A stretch of 32,000 nucleotides of DNA from Candidatus Saccharimonadota bacterium (GTDB taxonomy: Bacteria > Pseudomonadota > Gammaproteobacteria > Enterobacterales > Enterobacteriaceae): NCBI RefSeq assembly GCF_014857065.1, contig NZ_CP046533.1, forward strand, positions 240,001 through 272,000, given 5' to 3'. The translations under genes and the position numbers were made by a program. Below, in pieces: positions 30,163 to 32,000 of this stretch; within the stretch, counting starts at the first letter, position 1, and every line of letters starts with the position of its first letter. Under the pieces are notes generated by a model. That model worked only from the letters and a program-made list of their open reading frames with translations, searched no databases and had not been told where the DNA came from.

Positions 30163-30915
30163 GTGAAAATATATATAAAATATTTTTTTATAATAATTAA
30201 TGTTTTTGTCCTTATCTTAATACATAGTAATAACGGTAGCTTAAATGCTAAAGTACATCATACAAATAACAAATTTCACAGCCTTAAATCAAGTAAATTT
30301 ATAAAAAATAATAATAATAAAGAACTTACAAAACTAAAAAAAACAAACGATGAATGTTCAAATATTGAATGCGAACAACAAGCTCAACTTAATCTAATAG
30401 ATTTCTATTATACATCTGATAACCCAGAATTAACAAAAAAAACCATAAACCAATTTTTATATCTATATCCCTATAATCCAAATTTAGATTACGTATTTTA
30501 CATTAAAGGACTAACTAATTTATCTCTTGATAAAAACCACAACTATCTGTTATATAAATTATTAAACATTAATCCAAGCCACCATAATCCAATATACGCA
30601 TACGAAGCGCTCCGTGATTTTACATATATTATAGAAAAATACCCTGATAGTAAATTTCGTTCTACAGTTAACGATCACATCTTATTTTTAAAAAATAGAA
30701 TAGCTGAATACGAACTGCATATTGTAAAATTTTATAATACAAAAAAAGCATATATAGCCGTAATAAACAGGGTGAATAAAATAATAGACAATCTTCCGGA
30801 TACCAGTATAACTTATCAATCACTCAACTACCTTTATATAGCTTATGAGCAACTTGGTTTAACTGAAATAGCTAACAAAATTAAACAACAAATCATAATT
30901 GCTAAAGAATCCTGA
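30163..30915 (+). CDS. bamD: Outer-membrane protein assembly factor BamD (YfiO) homolog, without a lipobox cysteine
   Basis: 250 aa. QAQLNLIDFYYTSDN...NQFLYLYPYNPNLDYVFYIKGLTN, EKYPDS.F, FLKNRIAEYEL.I..FY......IAVINRV..I...PDT are colinear with E. coli BamD TPR repeats 2-5. Divergent from rluD as in E. coli. GTG start is the only available start. The N-terminal ~60 residues are divergent and K/N-rich. Confidence 0.85.
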   Translation: MKIYIKYFFIIINVFVLILIHSNNGSLNAKVHHTNNKFHSLKSSKFIKNNNNKELTKLKKTNDECSNIECEQQAQLNLIDFYYTSDNPELTKKTINQFLYLYPYNPNLDYVFYIKGLTNLSLDKNHNYLLYKLLNINPSHHNPIYAYEALRDFTYIIEKYPDSKFRSTVNDHILFLKNRIAEYELHIVKFYNTKKAYIAVINRVNKIIDNLPDTSITYQSLNYLYIAYEQLGLTEIANKIKQQIIIAKES

Positions 30916-30987
30916 GCATAATGTTCTCAAATAAAATTAAACATCAAATGCAATAATTATTAAATAAAATAGATATCAATAATAATT

Positions 30988-31242
30988 ATGTGTAAAAGTA
31001 AAATTTTATTGTCAAATCTACTAAAAATTTATAGAATTCTAGTACAAATAAATAAGAAATAAATTAAACTTTAAAAAATAATTTAAGATAGGTCTTAAAT
31101 GAGTTTTTTAAATAATGTAAAACTCAACCTTTAAAAACAAACAAGCTAAGACTATCACAATAAATCATTATCTACAAAATTTTGTTAAAATTTAATTACG
31201 ATAGAAACATTTAAGTAATTTCAAATTTTGGATAATAAACAT
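30988..31242 (+). pseudogene. pheA: Decayed remnant of the chorismate mutase domain of pheA (same frame as the PDT ORF, 8 in-frame TAA codons)
   Basis: The frame of 31243 read upstream gives MCKSKILLSNLLKIYRILVQINKK*..., DYHNKSLSTKFC* and NLITIETFK*. The spacing is comparable to E. coli PheA PLLALREKISAL, DAHYITRLFQ and LIIEDSV relative to RIAFLGP. Stops lie at 31060, 31072, 31084, 31096, 31132, 31147, 31186 and 31216. The similarity is weak and judged by eye. Confidence 0.4.
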
Positions 31243-31845
31243 ATGCTAAAAAAGTACAATAAACATAAAACTCGTATAGCATTTCTTGGCCCCCAAGGAT
31301 CTTATTCCCATATAGCTGCTAAAAAATATGGAATATATCATTTTGGTGATATCATAGAATGTAGTTGTAAAAAATTTATTGATATTGTACAAGCAATAAG
31401 AAATGAAAATGCAGAATACGGTATTTTACCCATCGAAAATTCTACTTCAGGCCCAATTAACGAAGTATACGATATTCTGAAAAATAACACCTACATTTCT
31501 TTAATAGGAGAAATAACGCTCCCTATCCAACATTGCATGCTAGTTAATGATAATAAAATTACATTTAAAGCGATCAAAACAATATATAGTCATCCCCAAC
31601 CCCTTCTACAATGTAGCCATTTTATAACTCATTTTCCTCAATGGCATATTGTATATTGCAAAAGCACATCAGTCGCAATGCAAACAGTGGCGACACTTAA
31701 AAAACCGACTATTGCTGCCGTGGGGAGTAAATTTGGAAGTATTCTTTACGGACTACAAATATTGAAATTTAATTTAGCTAATTACAAACATAATATAACC
31801 CGCTTCGTAGTAATTGGATACAAAAATAAAATAACCAAATTTTAA
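31243..31845 (+). CDS. pheA: Prephenate dehydratase domain-only PheA (no chorismate mutase domain, no ACT domain)
   Basis: The ORF starts just before RIAFLGPQGSYSH (E. coli PheA residues ~105-117). It runs colinearly through ILPIENS.SG.INEVYD, H.CL, I.SHPQP..QC..F and NITRFVV (catalytic TRF motif), then stops at TAA 31843-31845. ATG 31243 is preferred; the track TTG is at 31228. Downstream of bamD as in E. coli. Confidence 0.8.
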   Translation: MLKKYNKHKTRIAFLGPQGSYSHIAAKKYGIYHFGDIIECSCKKFIDIVQAIRNENAEYGILPIENSTSGPINEVYDILKNNTYISLIGEITLPIQHCMLVNDNKITFKAIKTIYSHPQPLLQCSHFITHFPQWHIVYCKSTSVAMQTVATLKKPTIAAVGSKFGSILYGLQILKFNLANYKHNITRFVVIGYKNKITKF

Positions 31846-32000
31846 ATAATTAATAATAATAATACAAAAGTACAAAATCAAAATTTAGAAAAATTCAAAA
31901 TTCGAAACGTATCAAATATACATAAACTATTCTTTAAAATCATCTATATATTTTAGCAAAATTTGACTTTCTTTTAAAAAAAGCTTAGTGTATCCCCCGA
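31846..32000 (+). pseudogene. pheA: Probable decayed remnant of the pheA ACT (Phe-binding regulatory) domain, cut by the window edge
   Basis: Reading on in the same frame after the TAA gives IINNNNTKVQNQNLEKFKIRNVSNIHKLFFKIIYIF* (TAG at 31954-31956). NLEKFKIRNVSNIHKL is colinear with E. coli LVEALLVLRNHSLIMTRL at roughly the right distance from TRF. Confidence 0.4.

Overview
The window is very AT-rich, gene-dense and almost entirely colinear with E. coli core genes. That pattern fits a strongly reduced Enterobacterales-derived genome, most likely an obligate insect endosymbiont of the Buchnera/Blochmannia/Wigglesworthia kind. I cannot name the species from the sequence alone.

Content, left to right:
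- dnaQ / rnhA / yafS / gloB
- an isolated 5S rRNA gene
- aroE-tsaC, then def-fmt
- the complete alpha-spc-S10 ribosomal superoperon on the minus strand (rplQ back to rpsJ: 25 r-protein genes plus rpoA and secY, with rpmD reduced to a pseudogene)
- bfr
- the thrU-tyrU-glyT-thrT tRNA operon
- coaA, birA-murB, clpB, rluD, bamD
- a domain-eroded pheA

I found no mobile elements, CRISPR arrays, defence or toxin systems, or foreign-looking islands, and no candidate for a novel multi-gene system.

The observations worth a second look are erosional or architectural:
1. A stand-alone 5S gene with no 16S or 23S nearby.
2. Three synteny junctions that sit where E. coli carries repeated loci (rrn operons, tufA/tufB), with the repeated genes themselves absent.
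3. A 26-bp perfect palindrome at the clpB|murB junction.
4. pheA retaining only its prephenate dehydratase core, with the chorismate mutase and ACT domains decayed in frame.
5. An rpmD (L30) pseudogene inside the spc operon.
6. A bacterioferritin with an intact ferroxidase centre but the heme-ligand Met52 replaced by Gln.
7. BamD without a lipobox cysteine.
8. BirA without its repressor DNA-binding domain.
9. Numerous in-frame 9-10 nt homopolymer tracts.

All homology statements come from by-eye alignment to remembered E. coli K-12 protein and RNA sequences and to the K-12 gene order. No database search was run.
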